A DNA stretch of 64,000 nt from NCBI GenBank assembly GCA_040397175.1, contig JBBAWM010000001.1, forward strand, positions 313,976 through 377,975, given 5' to 3'. This document shows positions 48,091-59,533 of the stretch, piece by piece. The notes under the pieces were generated by a model that saw only the letters and a list, made by a program, of their open reading frames with translations, had not been told where the DNA came from and ran no database searches. The stretch's first letter is position 1. Every line of letters starts with the position of its first letter. Source of the stretch: Candidatus Limnocylindrus sp. GTDB lineage: Bacteria; Chloroflexota; Limnocylindria; Limnocylindrales; Limnocylindraceae. A program made the translations under genes and the position numbers.

Positions 48091-50225
48091 CGAAGGCGAA
48101 GCAGGTGAGCAAGGTGGCTGTAAGCACGACGGCAAAGGCGGCGCCAGTGAAGGCTGCACCAACGAAGGTCGCCCCAAAGGTCGCTGCAAAGCCCGTCACG
48201 AAGGTTGCTGCTAAGCCCGCTGCGAAGTCAGCCCCAAAGCTTGTCGCAAAGCCGACGGCGAAGTCCGTCGCGAAGCCGGCCGTGAAGTTGCTCGCCAAAC
48301 CAGTCGCAAAGCGTGCAACGCTCGCAACGTCAAAGCCAGCCCCAAAGCCTGTGACCAAGGCTGTACCAAAGCCCGCTGTGAAAGCAGCTCCGAAGCGGCC
48401 AGTACCAACAAAGGTTGTCACGAAGAGTGCAACCAAGCCAGCGGCAAAGAATTCCGCGAAGCCGATCGCCAAGGCGAAGCCAGTCGTGAAGCCTGCGCCA
48501 GCGAAGGTGAAGAAGTCTGGCTCACTCGCAACGTCACCCGTATCGACCGCGAAGTCAAAGGGGGCGAAGGCGGCACCAGCGGTGTCAGTCCCCCCTGTCA
48601 AGGCGCAGGGGAAACTCGCGAAGGGAAAGGCCGCGTCCGGTCCAACCGCGAAGCTTGATGGCGTCGCTGAGCCGGGTGCCGCGGACCTCGCCGAGATTGA
48701 AGTTGATGGTGTTGAGATGCTGAGTCCGGAGGCGGCCGCAGCACTCCTTGTTGCCGAGGTCGCCCCAGAGGCACCGAAGCCTGAAGTTGTCGAGCCAGTT
48801 GCGGAGTCAACGGGTGTTGACGATCCAGTGCGCATGTACCTCAAGGAGATTGGCCGCGTCGGACTACTCACCGCCGAGGAGGAGGTCGTGCTTGCCAAGA
48901 TGATTGAGCTTGGTGAGCAGATGGCCGACGAGCCGTGGAAGGCCGTCTACAACCTGCACCAGTGGACGTACCACGAGACCGAGCTCAAGACACGCAAGAA
49001 GAAGGAGTGGTACCGCCTTGATCCGGCGCTCGCCGCCAAGGCGCATGCGACCTATGCCGATGCGATCGGTGCGTGGGTCAAGGGGCATCACGTCCACGAG
49101 TGCAAGGTGACCGGTTTCGACAAGGCCTCGCGTGAGGTGACGGGCGAGACCGCGAAGAAGAATTTGATGATTGCGAAGAGCCTCGTGAAGTCGTTCAACG
49201 AGCCGAACCGCCGCAACCTTGCAGCGAAGACTGCAGAGATTATTGACTTTGCCTTTGCAACGGTAGGAACCGGCGATATGGAGAGCCGTGACAACGGCGT
49301 GCTCCAGAAGCTCTTCCTTTGGGCCCGTGACGAGATTGCCTGGCCAGCACTCGAGACGTGGATCGTGCAGGGGAAGCACATTGCTAAAGATGGGAAGGAC
49401 TGGATCCGCGAGGCGGGTTGGGATCCCGAGAATCCGGCGCTCGGTAAGCTGCGGGGCCGCGAAGGCTACGTGGTGCAGCTCGGCTGGCGCGGACGCGAGG
49501 AGTTGACCAAGGCGAACCTGCGCCTTGTCGTCTCGATCGCCAAGAAGTACATCGGTCGTGGCATGAGCTTCCTAGATCTGATCCAAGAGGGGAACATCGG
49601 CCTCATCCGCGCCGTGGAGAAGTTCGAGTACATCAAGGGCTTCAAGTTCTCGACCTATGCGACGTGGTGGATTCGCCAAGCGATCACGCGCGCGATTGCG
49701 GATCAGGCCCGAACGATCCGCATCCCGGTGCATATGTATGAACAGCTCAACCGTCTCACCCGCGTCCAGCGCCAGCTCTTCCAGGAGTTGGGCCGCGAGG
49801 CGACGGATGATGAGATTGCCAAGGAGCTCACCAAGGTGACCGAGTCTGAAGTCACCGCAGAGCGCGTGCGAGAGATGCGTAAGGTGAGCCAGGAGCCGGT
49901 CTCCCTCGAGACGCCGATCGGCGAAGAGGAGGATAGCCACCTCGGCGACTTCATCGAGGATAAGGCGGCAAAGAAGCCAGACGAGGCGGCGAACAGCCAG
50001 CTCCTCTCCGAGCAGATCGTGGCGACGCTGGAGTCACTCAGCCTCCGCGAGCAGCGGGTGCTACGACTGCGCTTCGGCCTGGAAGATGGTCGCCAGCGCA
50101 CCCTGGAGGAGGTCGGGGCGGAGTTCAACGTAACCCGCGAACGCATCCGTCAGATCGAGGCGAAGGCGCTGCGCAAGTTGCGCCACCCGTCGCGTGCCCG
50201 CAAGCTGCGCGACTACCTCGACTAG
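48087..50225 (+). CDS. rpoD: Primary sigma factor RpoD with a long Lys/Ala/Pro-rich N-terminus
   Basis: [61 protein letters not shown] overlap with dnaG. Confidence 0.95.
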   Translation: MTKAKQVSKVAVSTTAKAAPVKAAPTKVAPKVAAKPVTKVAAKPAAKSAPKLVAKPTAKSVAKPAVKLLAKPVAKRATLATSKPAPKPVTKAVPKPAVKAAPKRPVPTKVVTKSATKPAAKNSAKPIAKAKPVVKPAPAKVKKSGSLATSPVSTAKSKGAKAAPAVSVPPVKAQGKLAKGKAASGPTAKLDGVAEPGAADLAEIEVDGVEMLSPEAAAALLVAEVAPEAPKPEVVEPVAESTGVDDPVRMYLKEIGRVGLLTAEEEVVLAKMIELGEQMADEPWKAVYNLHQWTYHETELKTRKKKEWYRLDPALAAKAHATYADAIGAWVKGHHVHECKVTGFDKASREVTGETAKKNLMIAKSLVKSFNEPNRRNLAAKTAEIIDFAFATVGTGDMESRDNGVLQKLFLWARDEIAWPALETWIVQGKHIAKDGKDWIREAGWDPENPALGKLRGREGYVVQLGWRGREELTKANLRLVVSIAKKYIGRGMSFLDLIQEGNIGLIRAVEKFEYIKGFKFSTYATWWIRQAITRAIADQARTIRIPVHMYEQLNRLTRVQRQLFQELGREATDDEIAKELTKVTESEVTAERVREMRKVSQEPVSLETPIGEEEDSHLGDFIEDKAAKKPDEAANSQLLSEQIVATLESLSLREQRVLRLRFGLEDGRQRTLEEVGAEFNVTRERIRQIEAKALRKLRHPSRARKLRDYLD
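48120..48660 (+). repeat. Low-complexity AKP/KPV/KAAP repeats (histone H1-like) in rpoD
   Basis: [37 protein letters not shown]..., with recurrent GCxAAGCCx codon patterns. Boundaries approximate. Confidence 0.85.
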
Positions 50226-50297
50226 GGGGTTCGTGCGGCGGCGAGGAGCGACGGCCCTCCCTGCTAATATTCCGCTCGCGGCAGCGGCCGCGGTCAT

Positions 50298-50372
50298 TCC
50301 GGCGTAGCTCAGTGGTAGAGCGGGCGGCTGTTAACCGCCATGTCGTAGGTTCGAATCCTACCGCCGGAGCCA
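50298..50372 (+). tRNA. tRNA-Asn (GTT)
   Basis: TCCGGCG/CGCCGGA acceptor stem, GGCGG-CTGTTAA-CCGCC arm, CCA. Extended -10 TGCTAATAT at 50262-50270. Confidence 0.97.
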
Positions 50373-50400
50373 GCACCTAACGCAAGAGTGGAGGGCGAGA

Positions 50401-50769
50401 ATGGTTGCAACTGGACTCAGCGAGAGCCCTCAGGCCTACCGCGTCAAGTTGCTCGAGCAGAGCGACAGCCAGATCGATGCCTGGGCTACCGGCTCACTGC
50501 GCGACATGGCGAAGCGCAAGGGCATCGTCGCTACCATCCATGAGTTTTCCCACTCCGCACACCTCGACGAGGATGCGCTGGCGGGCGCCTACACGCTTGG
50601 TGGCGGACCGGCCGCAACGATGGGGCGCGACGCTGAGGGGCGACTGCTTCTTCCTGCGGTCAGCCTCTGGTGCCTTGTTCCCGGCCTCCGCGCCGCCGAT
50701 CCAAAGGGCGGTCGCGACCGACTCGTCGCCTTTCTCGTAGCAACCTTCGAAGAGGTCGTCTACATCTAA
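50401..50769 (+). CDS. Hypothetical protein (122 aa)
   Basis: SD GGAGGG and typical codon bias. Confidence 0.7.
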   Translation: MVATGLSESPQAYRVKLLEQSDSQIDAWATGSLRDMAKRKGIVATIHEFSHSAHLDEDALAGAYTLGGGPAATMGRDAEGRLLLPAVSLWCLVPGLRAADPKGGRDRLVAFLVATFEEVVYI

Positions 50770-50779
50770 CTGCGGTCGG

Positions 50780-51823
50780 TTACTCCGACTTCTGGCGCAA
50801 GATCGCAGCGAGGTTGTCGAGCTTGTTCCGCGCGATCAGCAGCCACTTGGCCATGTTGGCGCGATCTGTTTCACTGAGCGGCGCCCCTGCCTCTGGCTGA
50901 TCGATCTCGTGCAGCACGCCAGCAAGTGCGTCGATAGAGTTAGCGAGGCTGTCACGGGCGCTGGTTAACGCTGCGTCAGATGCAGAGGCGATGGCCGCTG
51001 CCTGTGCCGAGATCGGCTCCGACGCACTCGGTACGACTGGCTTGGTCGCCGCAATAATCGGGCGCTCGTTTGCTGCGGCATATGGGAAGATCGACGGCGC
51101 GGCAACGTCTGCTGCGACGGCTGGTTCTGGGCGCTCCTCGCGCACCACGCTCTTGAGACGGGCGAGCGAGAGCTCCCCACGCATCACCTGAGCCGCGAGT
51201 TCACCACGGCGGGCCTGGTCGGTGATCTTCATCAACTCGTAGGCGTGGCTGATTGTGTCGGAGCGCTCCGCGACGAGCGCGCGGATGTCGGCCGGGGCAT
51301 GAATCAGGCGCAGGCGATTCTCGACGTAGCCCTTGTCCTTGCCGATACGCTCGGCCAGTTTGCGAATGCTGTAGCCGAGTTCGCTCGTCATGCGCGCGAA
51401 GATCGCCGCTTCATTGAGTGGCGAGAGATCTTCACGCTGGAGGTTCTCAATGATCGCAACCTCAAGGGCGATCTCATCGCTCATCGCCTCAACGATTGCG
51501 GGGATCATTGGGAGTCCGAGCGAGAGCACCGCCCGCCAGCGACGCTCGCCCGCAACGATCTCGTAGGAGCCCGGCTCCGTTGGGCGAACGATGATCGGCT
51601 GCAGCACGCCGTGCTCCCGAATGCTGGCGGTGAGCTCGTCAATCGCGAGCGGTGGGAGTGCGAGACGAGGCTGTTTCGCGTTGACCGCCACGCGGTCGAC
51701 GGCAATGTGGCGCACCGAACGATCACCCTGAGCCCCCTCTGGTGGGAGGAGCGAGAGGATGGAGTCGTCAAGCTCCTGCCCGCTGAGCCCGGAATCGCCC
51801 GCTGGCTGCTTCGCCTTCGGCAT
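50780..51823 (-). CDS. ParB/Spo0J family partition protein
   Basis: [38 protein letters not shown] region. SD AAGGAGG. Confidence 0.9.
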   Translation of the reverse strand: MPKAKQPAGDSGLSGQELDDSILSLLPPEGAQGDRSVRHIAVDRVAVNAKQPRLALPPLAIDELTASIREHGVLQPIIVRPTEPGSYEIVAGERRWRAVLSLGLPMIPAIVEAMSDEIALEVAIIENLQREDLSPLNEAAIFARMTSELGYSIRKLAERIGKDKGYVENRLRLIHAPADIRALVAERSDTISHAYELMKITDQARRGELAAQVMRGELSLARLKSVVREERPEPAVAADVAAPSIFPYAAANERPIIAATKPVVPSASEPISAQAAAIASASDAALTSARDSLANSIDALAGVLHEIDQPEAGAPLSETDRANMAKWLLIARNKLDNLAAILRQKSE

Positions 51824-51944
51824 ACTGCCTCCTTGCCGCTTCGTGCGCCTTGCGGCCCACCGTTTCGCCGCATCGTACCGCGCAAGGGGTGTGGGAGAAT
51901 CGTGCGAAGCGAAGCGCCCCTATCGGGGCAGCAGGGAGGTGTGT

Positions 51945-53546
51945 GTGGGCAAGGATCCAGGCCGCGACGCCGCGCGCCACACGACCACCTCCGGCGCGCC
52001 CCTTGATTCGCACTACGGCCCGAATCCCTCCCGCGACGCCGCCAAGGAGATCGGTGACCCAGGATCATTCCCGTACACGCGCGGCGTGCAAGAGACGATG
52101 TATCGCGGCCGCCTCTGGACGATGCGCCAGTACGCCGGATTCTCGACTGCCCGTGAATCCAACGAGCGATATCGCTACCTGCTTGAGCAGGGCCAAACCG
52201 GCCTCTCTGTCGCCTTCGACCTGCCTACACAGATGGGCTACGACTCTGACGCGCCAGAGGCGGAGGGTGAGGTTGGTCGCGTGGGCGTTGCCATCGACTC
52301 CATCGCCGATATGGAGACGCTCTTCAAAGGGATCCCACTCGACAAGGTCTCGACCTCCATGACGATCAATTCCACCGCGCCGATCCTTCTGGCGCTCTAT
52401 GTGGCAGTTGCGGAGCGACAGGGGGTGTCGCGCGCCGAGCTCTCGGGTACAACACAGAACGATCTCCTCAAGGAGTACATCGCTCGCGGCACCTATATCT
52501 TCCCGCCCGAGCCATCGCTGCGCCTGATCACCGACGTCTTTGAGTGGTGTGCCACCGAACTACCCAAGTGGAATACGATCAGCATCTCGGGTTATCACAT
52601 GCGTGAGGCGGGGGCGACGGCAGCGCAAGAGCTCGCCTTCACCTTTGCCGACGCGATTGCCTATGTCGACGCGGCGATTGCACGCGGCCTTGAGGTGGAC
52701 GCCATCGCGCCGCGCCTCTCCTTCTTCTTCGCGGCGTGGACCGACATCCTCGAAGAGGTGGCGAAGTTCCGCGCCGCGCGCCGCATCTGGGCGCGCATCA
52801 TGCGCGATCGCTACGGCGCCAAGAGCGAGAAGTCGCTCCTCTGCCGCTTCCATGTGCAGACGGCTGGCTCCACCCTCACGGCACAGTCGATCGACAACAA
52901 TGTTGTTCGCGCCGCGTATCAGGCCCTCGCTGCAGTGCTCGGCGGCGCGCAGAGCCTGCACGTCAACGGTAAGGACGAGGCGCTCGCCCTTCCAACCGAA
53001 GCATCGGCGCGCCTCGCGCTGCGCACCCAACAGGTGCTGGCCCACGAGGCGGGCGTCGCAGGAACCGTTGATCCGTTTGGTGGCAGCTACGCCGTAGAGG
53101 CGCTCACCGACCAGGTGGAGCGCGACGCACTCGCCCTCATCGCCGAAGTGGATCGCCTCGGTGGTATGGTCGCCGCCGTTGCCGCGGGATTCCCACAGCG
53201 CTCCATTCAAGACTCGGCCTACGCCTACCAGCGCGAAGTGGAGAGCGGCGAGCGCGTGATCGTGGGCGTCAACCGATTCGTCGACGAAGAGGTTGAGACG
53301 CCAGCCATTGCCCGCATTGACCCGGCACGCGAGCGCGAGCAGATCGCTGAGCTACAGGCGTTCCGTGCCGCGCGCGACAACGCTGCCGCCACCGCCGCCA
53401 TCGCCGAGGTGATCGCCACGGCGAAGGGGAGTGCCAACATGATGCCGCCGATCCTGGCCGCAGTGAAGGCGGGCTGCACCGTTGGCGAGATTAGCGCTGC
53501 ACTGCGCAGCATCTGGGGCGAGCACCGCGAGGCGATGGTCCTATGA
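51945..53546 (+). CDS. Methylmalonyl-CoA mutase, substrate-binding (large) subunit
   Basis: [18 protein letters not shown] (Tyr typical of MCM), [33 protein letters not shown]. No B12 domain. GTG start at 51945 with GGGAGG. Confidence 0.93.
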   Translation: MGKDPGRDAARHTTTSGAPLDSHYGPNPSRDAAKEIGDPGSFPYTRGVQETMYRGRLWTMRQYAGFSTARESNERYRYLLEQGQTGLSVAFDLPTQMGYDSDAPEAEGEVGRVGVAIDSIADMETLFKGIPLDKVSTSMTINSTAPILLALYVAVAERQGVSRAELSGTTQNDLLKEYIARGTYIFPPEPSLRLITDVFEWCATELPKWNTISISGYHMREAGATAAQELAFTFADAIAYVDAAIARGLEVDAIAPRLSFFFAAWTDILEEVAKFRAARRIWARIMRDRYGAKSEKSLLCRFHVQTAGSTLTAQSIDNNVVRAAYQALAAVLGGAQSLHVNGKDEALALPTEASARLALRTQQVLAHEAGVAGTVDPFGGSYAVEALTDQVERDALALIAEVDRLGGMVAAVAAGFPQRSIQDSAYAYQREVESGERVIVGVNRFVDEEVETPAIARIDPAREREQIAELQAFRAARDNAAATAAIAEVIATAKGSANMMPPILAAVKAGCTVGEISAALRSIWGEHREAMVL

Positions 53547-54010
53547 GCCTCCCCGTGCGCGGTCGCATTCACCACGTCGCCTCTGTCGTCCGCGACATCG
53601 ACGCGTCAATCGACTTTTACACGCGCGTGCTCGGGCTGGCGCTCGAACAGGTGGCCAAGGTGCCGTCACAAGAGGTGCGTATCGCCTTCCTCACCGCCGG
53701 TGACTCCAAGATTGAACTCGTCTCCCCAACAAATGCGACGAGTGGGGTCGCGCGCTTCCTCGAGTCGAAGGGGGAGGGGTTTCACCATCTTTGCCTTGAA
53801 GTTCCCGATATCGCTGCGGAGCTCACCGAACTCGCCGCTGCGGGGGTGCAGCTGATCAACACCGAGGCGGTCGCCGGCGTCGAAGGGCCAGTCGCCTTCT
53901 TGCATCCGAAGAGCTGCAACGGGGTGCTGATTGAATTGATCGAAGCGCCTGGTGGCCCTGAGTGGACGAGGCTCGGATTCGGCGCCCCAGGGGAGCTGCG
54001 GATCCGGTAG
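53543..54010 (+). CDS. mce: Methylmalonyl-CoA epimerase
   Basis: [34 protein letters not shown]. Coupled to the mutase gene. Confidence 0.93.
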   Translation: MSLPVRGRIHHVASVVRDIDASIDFYTRVLGLALEQVAKVPSQEVRIAFLTAGDSKIELVSPTNATSGVARFLESKGEGFHHLCLEVPDIAAELTELAAAGVQLINTEAVAGVEGPVAFLHPKSCNGVLIELIEAPGGPEWTRLGFGAPGELRIR

Positions 54011-54013
54011 CGC

Positions 54014-54913
54014 CTAGCGCTTCGTGTACCCGGCCTCAATCAAGAGTCGTGGCAGTTCGGTCGGCGAGGCGGCCACCTTGAACCCGGCGGCCTCCAGTGC
54101 AGCGATCTTGTCGATCGCTCGGCCCGATGCGCCAGAGACGATCGCCCCGGCGTGCCCCATGCGGCGACCCTCAGGTGCGGCGCGTCCGGCGATGAAGGCG
54201 ACACGTGGCAGGTGCTTCAGGTGTTCGCCCGCCCATGCGGCGGCCTCCTCCTCCGCGGATCCGCCGATCTCGCCGATTAGTACGAGTGCGCGCGTCGCAG
54301 GATCCGCAGCGAAGAGCTCAAGTGCGTCGCGGAAGGTGGTGCCGATGATCGGATCGCCGCCAATGCCGAGACAGGTGGACTGACCGATGCCAGCATCCGT
54401 CATTGACTGCACCGCCTCGTAGGTCAGCGTGCCCGAGCGGCTCACCACGCCAACGTCACCGGGAAGGTGAATGGAGGCGGGGATGATGCCGATCTTCGCG
54501 CCGAGTCCGTTCACGCCCGGCGTGGTTGCGCCTGGGCAATTTGGTCCGATCAGTCGCGCGCCGTGCTGCTGCACGATCGCGAGGGCGCCAACCATGTCGT
54601 GGACGGGGATCCCTTCGGTAATGCAGAAGATCGTCTTGATGCCCGACGCGGCCGCCTCGGCAATGGCGTCGGCAGCGCCCGCCGCAGGAACAAAGATGCA
54701 GCTCGTGTTGGCGCCGGTCTTCTCGACCGCTTCGCGCACGGTGTCAAAGACGGCGACGGTGCCGTCGAGCCCGAGTTCGCCACCGCGGCCTGGCGTGACG
54801 CCTGCAACGATCTTGGTGCCATACGCGGCCATCTGGCCCGCGTGGAAGCCACCTTCGCGGCCGGTGAGGCCTTGCACTACGAGTCGCGTGTGCTGATCAA
54901 CGAGAATGCTCAC
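54014..54913 (-). CDS. sucD: Succinyl-CoA synthetase alpha subunit
   Basis: [36 protein letters not shown]. Confidence 0.97.
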   Translation of the reverse strand: MSILVDQHTRLVVQGLTGREGGFHAGQMAAYGTKIVAGVTPGRGGELGLDGTVAVFDTVREAVEKTGANTSCIFVPAAGAADAIAEAAASGIKTIFCITEGIPVHDMVGALAIVQQHGARLIGPNCPGATTPGVNGLGAKIGIIPASIHLPGDVGVVSRSGTLTYEAVQSMTDAGIGQSTCLGIGGDPIIGTTFRDALELFAADPATRALVLIGEIGGSAEEEAAAWAGEHLKHLPRVAFIAGRAAPEGRRMGHAGAIVSGASGRAIDKIAALEAAGFKVAASPTELPRLLIEAGYTKR

Positions 54914-56085
54914 TTGCCGCCCCCCGCTGCAGCGAGTGCTACAGCCTTTTCTGCTGCCTCATCGAGGCTTGCCGCGGTTTCAAATCCACCTTCGCGTAGA
55001 AGTACGGCGGCCTCGGCCGCATTCGTTCCGACAATGCGCACGACCATTGGCACGGTGCGCTCTTGCTGCGCGCGCGCCTCGATGAGCCCCTTCGCGACCT
55101 CGTCGCCGCGCGTGATGCCGCCGAAGATGTTGACAAGGATCGCCTTGACGCCCGCATCGGCAAGGATGATGCGCATTGCGGCAGCAACCTTATCGGCGCG
55201 AGCACCGCCGCCAATGTCGAGGAAGTTTGCCGGCGTGCCGCCGGCGCGGGTCACGAGGTCGAGCGTGGTCATGGCGAGACCCGCACCATTCACCATGCAG
55301 CCGATGCTCCCATCGAGTCGGATGTATGAGATCCCCTGTTCGCGCGCCTCGCGGTCAATGGGATCTTCGCTGTCGGCGTCGCGCCAGGCGGCAAGGTCGG
55401 GGTGACGATCGAGTGCGGAATCATCCAACGTCACCTTGGCGTCGAGGCAGACAAGTCGCTCACCGCCTGGAAGCTCGGGCGCTGGCACCACGGCGAGGGG
55501 ATTCACCTCGACGAGATCGGCGTCGCTCTCACGTGCGATCTTTACGAGCCCGGCGGCGATCACGCAGAACTGCTTCAGCAGTTCACCGCGCAGACCAATG
55601 CCGAATCCGAGGCGGCGCGCTTGGAACGGGAGCAGGCCACCGTGTGGGTGCGCAACTTCTCGAACGATCGCGGCCGGATCCTTTGCGGCGACCTCTTCGA
55701 TCTCCATGCCACCAGCGGCGGATGCCATGACGAGAACGCCACGCGTAGTGCGATCGATCAGTGCGGCGAGATAGATCTCGCGGATGATCGTGGAGGCTGG
55801 CGCAACGAGCACGCGTCGCACAGGAAGGTCCTTGATCGTGAGGGCGAGAATTGCTGCGGCGGTGGCCTCGGCCTCTGCCGCGCTCGCGGCGAGCTTGACC
55901 CCGCCCGCCTTTCCTCGTCCGCCGACGAGGACCTGGGCCTTAACCACGACCTGTGCGACCCCAGAGGCGAAGAGGCGCTCAGCGATGGCGCGGGCGCCCG
56001 CGGCGGTAGTGGCCACGTCGGCATCGGGGACGGGGAGGCCGGCTCGAAATAAGAGTTCTCGGGCTTCAGCCTCGTGTAGCTTCAC
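54910..56085 (-). CDS. sucC: Succinyl-CoA synthetase beta subunit
   Basis: KLHE start (GTG 56085), [39 protein letters not shown]. Confidence 0.97.
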   Translation of the reverse strand: MKLHEAEARELLFRAGLPVPDADVATTAAGARAIAERLFASGVAQVVVKAQVLVGGRGKAGGVKLAASAAEAEATAAAILALTIKDLPVRRVLVAPASTIIREIYLAALIDRTTRGVLVMASAAGGMEIEEVAAKDPAAIVREVAHPHGGLLPFQARRLGFGIGLRGELLKQFCVIAAGLVKIARESDADLVEVNPLAVVPAPELPGGERLVCLDAKVTLDDSALDRHPDLAAWRDADSEDPIDREAREQGISYIRLDGSIGCMVNGAGLAMTTLDLVTRAGGTPANFLDIGGGARADKVAAAMRIILADAGVKAILVNIFGGITRGDEVAKGLIEARAQQERTVPMVVRIVGTNAAEAAVLLREGGFETAASLDEAAEKAVALAAAGGGK

Positions 56086-56233
56086 TTCGCCTCCGCATGG
56101 TCCGTGGTGGGTTCCTCCCCGCTGTAACAGGGGGTAGTGTACGCGGGCAGACTTCAAGCGTTGCGGCTAGGATTTGGGGGGCACAATCGTCAGGATTTCA
56201 ACGCCCTGATTGGGAGTAAGGAGGGGTTTACAC

Positions 56234-56647
56234 ATGACCCAAGGATCTAGCCCACTCGCCTCTCCGCAGAAGCTTCGAAACTACCCGGCATATCGCGGCG
56301 GGGAGGGGATGGTCGCCTGGGCCTTCCATCGAATCTCAGGCATTGGCGTATGGGCCTTCATCGTCTTGCACGTATTTGACATTTGGTTGATTGGGGCTAA
56401 TCCCGCGCTCTATGACCAACTGGGCAAAATTTATTCAAGCGCGCCTGGCCGTGTGATGGAGACCCTCCTAGGAGCGGCGCTGTTTTATCACGCCCTCAAC
56501 GGCATGCGCATCGTCGTCATGGACTTCTGGCCTGCGCTGACGATCTTTCACCGTGGACTGTGGCGAGCTGTTTGGGTCACCTTCTTTATCTTTGGCCTAC
56601 CTGGCGCGTACATCATCCTGAAGCCTATCTGGGAGATGGCATCATGA
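56234..56647 (+). CDS. sdhC: Succinate dehydrogenase cytochrome b subunit
   Basis: YRGGEGMVAWAFHRISG, YHALNGMRIV. SD GGAGG. Confidence 0.9.
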   Translation: MTQGSSPLASPQKLRNYPAYRGGEGMVAWAFHRISGIGVWAFIVLHVFDIWLIGANPALYDQLGKIYSSAPGRVMETLLGAALFYHALNGMRIVVMDFWPALTIFHRGLWRAVWVTFFIFGLPGAYIILKPIWEMAS

Positions 56648-57033
56648 GCGCTCAAAAGTATTCACTCTCCGGCCGTCCGCGCCCGACAGGGTCGCGCGCT
56701 GATCTCTACGTCTGGCGGGCGGTGCGAATCACTTCAATTGCGCTCTTTGTATTGGCGCTTGCGCACTTCTCGATCACGCACTTCGTCTACGAGGTTGGTG
56801 ACCAGAGTGCAGAGTGGGTCCGCCAGACTCGTTGGAACTCGATCCCCCTCCGTGTGCTGGACTGGGGCATGTTGATGACTGTGTTGGTGCATGGGTTCCT
56901 TGGCATGCGAACGGTCATGCAGGACTACGTCCCCTCGCGCATTAGGCGGGGGTCGCTCATCGGCCTTTACGTCATTGCGCTTCTGCTATTCGTGCTTGGC
57001 ACCCAGGTCATTGCGACCCTACCGATGCGTTAG
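56644..57033 (+). CDS. sdhD: Succinate dehydrogenase membrane anchor subunit
   Basis: RITSIALFVLALAH, VHGFLGMRTVMQDY. ATGA overlap. Confidence 0.88.
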   Translation: MSAQKYSLSGRPRPTGSRADLYVWRAVRITSIALFVLALAHFSITHFVYEVGDQSAEWVRQTRWNSIPLRVLDWGMLMTVLVHGFLGMRTVMQDYVPSRIRRGSLIGLYVIALLLFVLGTQVIATLPMR

Positions 57034-57041
57034 GGGGACAT

Positions 57042-58823
57042 ATGGCTAGTGCGCTACGAGCAGAGGTTGGGCAGATTGACGTTGACGCGATCGTGGTCGG
57101 CGCGGGTGGCGCTGGCCTTTGGGCCGCGCTTGAGCTTGCACGCGAAGGAATTCCAACCGCCGTACTGACCAAGCTCTATCCGACCCGCTCGCATACCGGT
57201 GCTGCGCAAGGTGGGGTCTGCGCGGCACTCGGCAACGTTGAAGAGGACCACTGGGAGTGGCACATGTTTGACACGATCAAGGGTGGCGACTACCTCGCCG
57301 ATCAGGATGCGGCCGAAGTGCTCGCGCGTGAGGCGATCCCCGCGGTGATTGAACTGGAGCGCATGGGCCTTCCGTTTAATCGCACTCCTGACGGCAAGAT
57401 CGATCAGCGTCGATTTGGAGGACATACACGCAATTACGGCGAGGGACCGGTGCGTCGTAGCTGCTACGCCGCAGACCGCACTGGGCACATGATCCTGCAA
57501 ACGCTCTACCAGCAGTGCATCAAGGCGGGGGTCAAGTTTTATGACGAGTATCACGTTGTCGATCTGGTCTTCGAAGGGGGCGAGGCGGACAAGGGAGGGC
57601 GCTGCTCTGGGGTTGTTGGGTACAAGATCGCCGACGGTTCGCTCCATGTGTTTCGTGCGAAGGCGGTGCTGCTCGCCACAGGTGGGTACGGTCGCGCGTG
57701 GCGCGTAACGTCAAACGCACACTCATTGACCGGTGATGGGATGGCACTCGCTTGGCGGCATGGCGTGCCACTCCAGGATATGGAGTTCTACCAGTTTCAT
57801 CCGACCGGCATTGTCGGTACGGGAATTCTCTTGAGCGAGGCGGCGCGAGGTGAGGGAGGCTACCTCATCAATGATGCAGGGCAGCGATTTATGGAGTCTT
57901 ACGCTCCGAAGTTGATGGAGCTTGCGCCGCGCGACATGATCTCACGTGCGATCTATCAGGAGATCCGTGAGGGTCGAGGGATCGGGGGAAAAGACTACAT
58001 CCATCTTGACGTGAGACACCTCGGTCGAAAGGTGATTGAAGAGAAGCTCCCTGACATCACCGAACTTGCTCGCATCTATCAGGGCGTAGAACCGATCAGC
58101 GAGCCAGTCCCGGTTCAGCCAACCGCGCATTACGCCATGGGAGGCGTTCCGACAAATCTTGAGACTGAGGTGCTCGCCGATGCTCGTGGCAACGTTGTGC
58201 CTGGGCTCTTTGCCGCCGGCGAAGTCGCCTGCGTAAGCGTGCACGGGGCGAATCGCCTGGGGACCAACTCCCTCGTCGACCTGTTGGTGTTCGGCAAACG
58301 TGCTGGGATCCGTATGGCCCAAGTTTGCAAGAGCACCCCGATGCCCGGCTCAACAAGCGGGGCCGAGCGAGCCGTCCGCGAAGAGCTCCTCGCCCTGAGC
58401 ACGCGCCCATCTGGGGTGCGCCCGGCGGAGATTCGCCGTGAACTCGCCGCCCTGATGATGGACAACGTCGGCGTCTATCGCGACGAGGCCCTCCTTGGCG
58501 CCGCGGTAATGGGGATCGCCAAGTTGAAGGGGGAGTACGCCAACGTGCGCGTGGAGGACACCGGGAGCGTCTTCAACACCGACCTCCTTGAGGCGCGAGA
58601 GCTCGGCTACCTGCTAGACACCGCGGAGGCGACAGCCGTCTCCGCCTACGCACGAACAGAGTCACGTGGTGCGCACAGCCGTGAAGACTTTCCAGAGCGA
58701 AACGACGCTAAGTTCCTAGCGCACACTCTGGTCTGGCAGGGGAGCAATGGTGCACCAGCCACGAAGCTAGACTACAAACCCGTCACGATTACCAAGTTTG
58801 AGCCGAAGGCGAGGGTTTACTAA
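57042..58823 (+). CDS. sdhA: Succinate dehydrogenase flavoprotein subunit
   Basis: RSHTGAAQGG, QFHPTG, HYAMGG, VHGANRLGTNSL, ESRGAH. Confidence 0.97.
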   Translation: MASALRAEVGQIDVDAIVVGAGGAGLWAALELAREGIPTAVLTKLYPTRSHTGAAQGGVCAALGNVEEDHWEWHMFDTIKGGDYLADQDAAEVLAREAIPAVIELERMGLPFNRTPDGKIDQRRFGGHTRNYGEGPVRRSCYAADRTGHMILQTLYQQCIKAGVKFYDEYHVVDLVFEGGEADKGGRCSGVVGYKIADGSLHVFRAKAVLLATGGYGRAWRVTSNAHSLTGDGMALAWRHGVPLQDMEFYQFHPTGIVGTGILLSEAARGEGGYLINDAGQRFMESYAPKLMELAPRDMISRAIYQEIREGRGIGGKDYIHLDVRHLGRKVIEEKLPDITELARIYQGVEPISEPVPVQPTAHYAMGGVPTNLETEVLADARGNVVPGLFAAGEVACVSVHGANRLGTNSLVDLLVFGKRAGIRMAQVCKSTPMPGSTSGAERAVREELLALSTRPSGVRPAEIRRELAALMMDNVGVYRDEALLGAAVMGIAKLKGEYANVRVEDTGSVFNTDLLEARELGYLLDTAEATAVSAYARTESRGAHSREDFPERNDAKFLAHTLVWQGSNGAPATKLDYKPVTITKFEPKARVY

Positions 58824-59531
58824 ATGGCTTCTGCTACACAGGTTGAGCTCAAGATCCAGCGATATGATCCGGAGCGCGACAGTGAGCCGCACTGGCAAAC
58901 GCTGACGGTTCCGGTGGAGCCTATGGATCGCGTGCTTGATCTGCTCACGCGGGCAAAAGAGCTCTTCGATGGCTCGATCACCTTCCGTCGCTCTTGCGCG
59001 CACGGTGTCTGCGGCTCTGACGCTCTGCTGATTAATGGTCGTAATCGGCTCGCCTGTAAGTTGCGAGTAGAAGCGTTGGGCCGAACGATCACGGTGGCGC
59101 CACTCCCTGGACTGCCGATCGTCAAGGACCTAGTCGTTGATATGGAGGAGTTCTTTGAAAAGTTCCGCTCCGTGCAGCCGTATCTTGTGGCGGCACCAGT
59201 TGAGGGTGACGGTGAGCGGATTCAGAGTGAAGAGCAGCGCGATCGGTATGACGATACGACCAAGTGCATCCTCTGTGCAGCATGTACAACCTCGTGCCCC
59301 AGCTTCTGGGCGCAACCAGAATATGTTGGCCCCGCGGCGATCGTGAACGCGCACCGTTTTATCTTTGACTCGCGTGATGAGAACGCCGATACACGCTTGG
59401 ACATCTTGTCTGACGAAAATGGCGTGTGGCGTTGCCGCACCACCTTCAATTGCGTGGAAGCTTGCCCACGCGGCATCAATATCACGAAGGCGATTCTTGA
59501 GGTTTCCTCCGCAATTAGCGCACGGCGGTAA
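58824..59531 (+). CDS. sdhB: Succinate dehydrogenase iron-sulfur subunit
   Basis: SCAHGVCGSD, CILCAACTTSCP, CRTTFNCVEACP. Confidence 0.97.
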   Translation: MASATQVELKIQRYDPERDSEPHWQTLTVPVEPMDRVLDLLTRAKELFDGSITFRRSCAHGVCGSDALLINGRNRLACKLRVEALGRTITVAPLPGLPIVKDLVVDMEEFFEKFRSVQPYLVAAPVEGDGERIQSEEQRDRYDDTTKCILCAACTTSCPSFWAQPEYVGPAAIVNAHRFIFDSRDENADTRLDILSDENGVWRCRTTFNCVEACPRGINITKAILEVSSAISARR

Positions 59532-59533
59532 CG

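Noticed and set aside
51945-53546. Isobutyryl-CoA or 2-hydroxyisobutyryl-CoA mutase
   Set aside because: The specificity motif is RQYAGF (Tyr) rather than Phe or Ile, and the epimerase gene is coupled to it.
56160-59531. Slightly lower GC in the sdh operon and at the rhomboid 3' end as a sign of horizontal transfer
   Set aside because: The shift is modest and judged by eye. It is partly explained by hydrophobic codons, and these are core genes with no mobility signatures.
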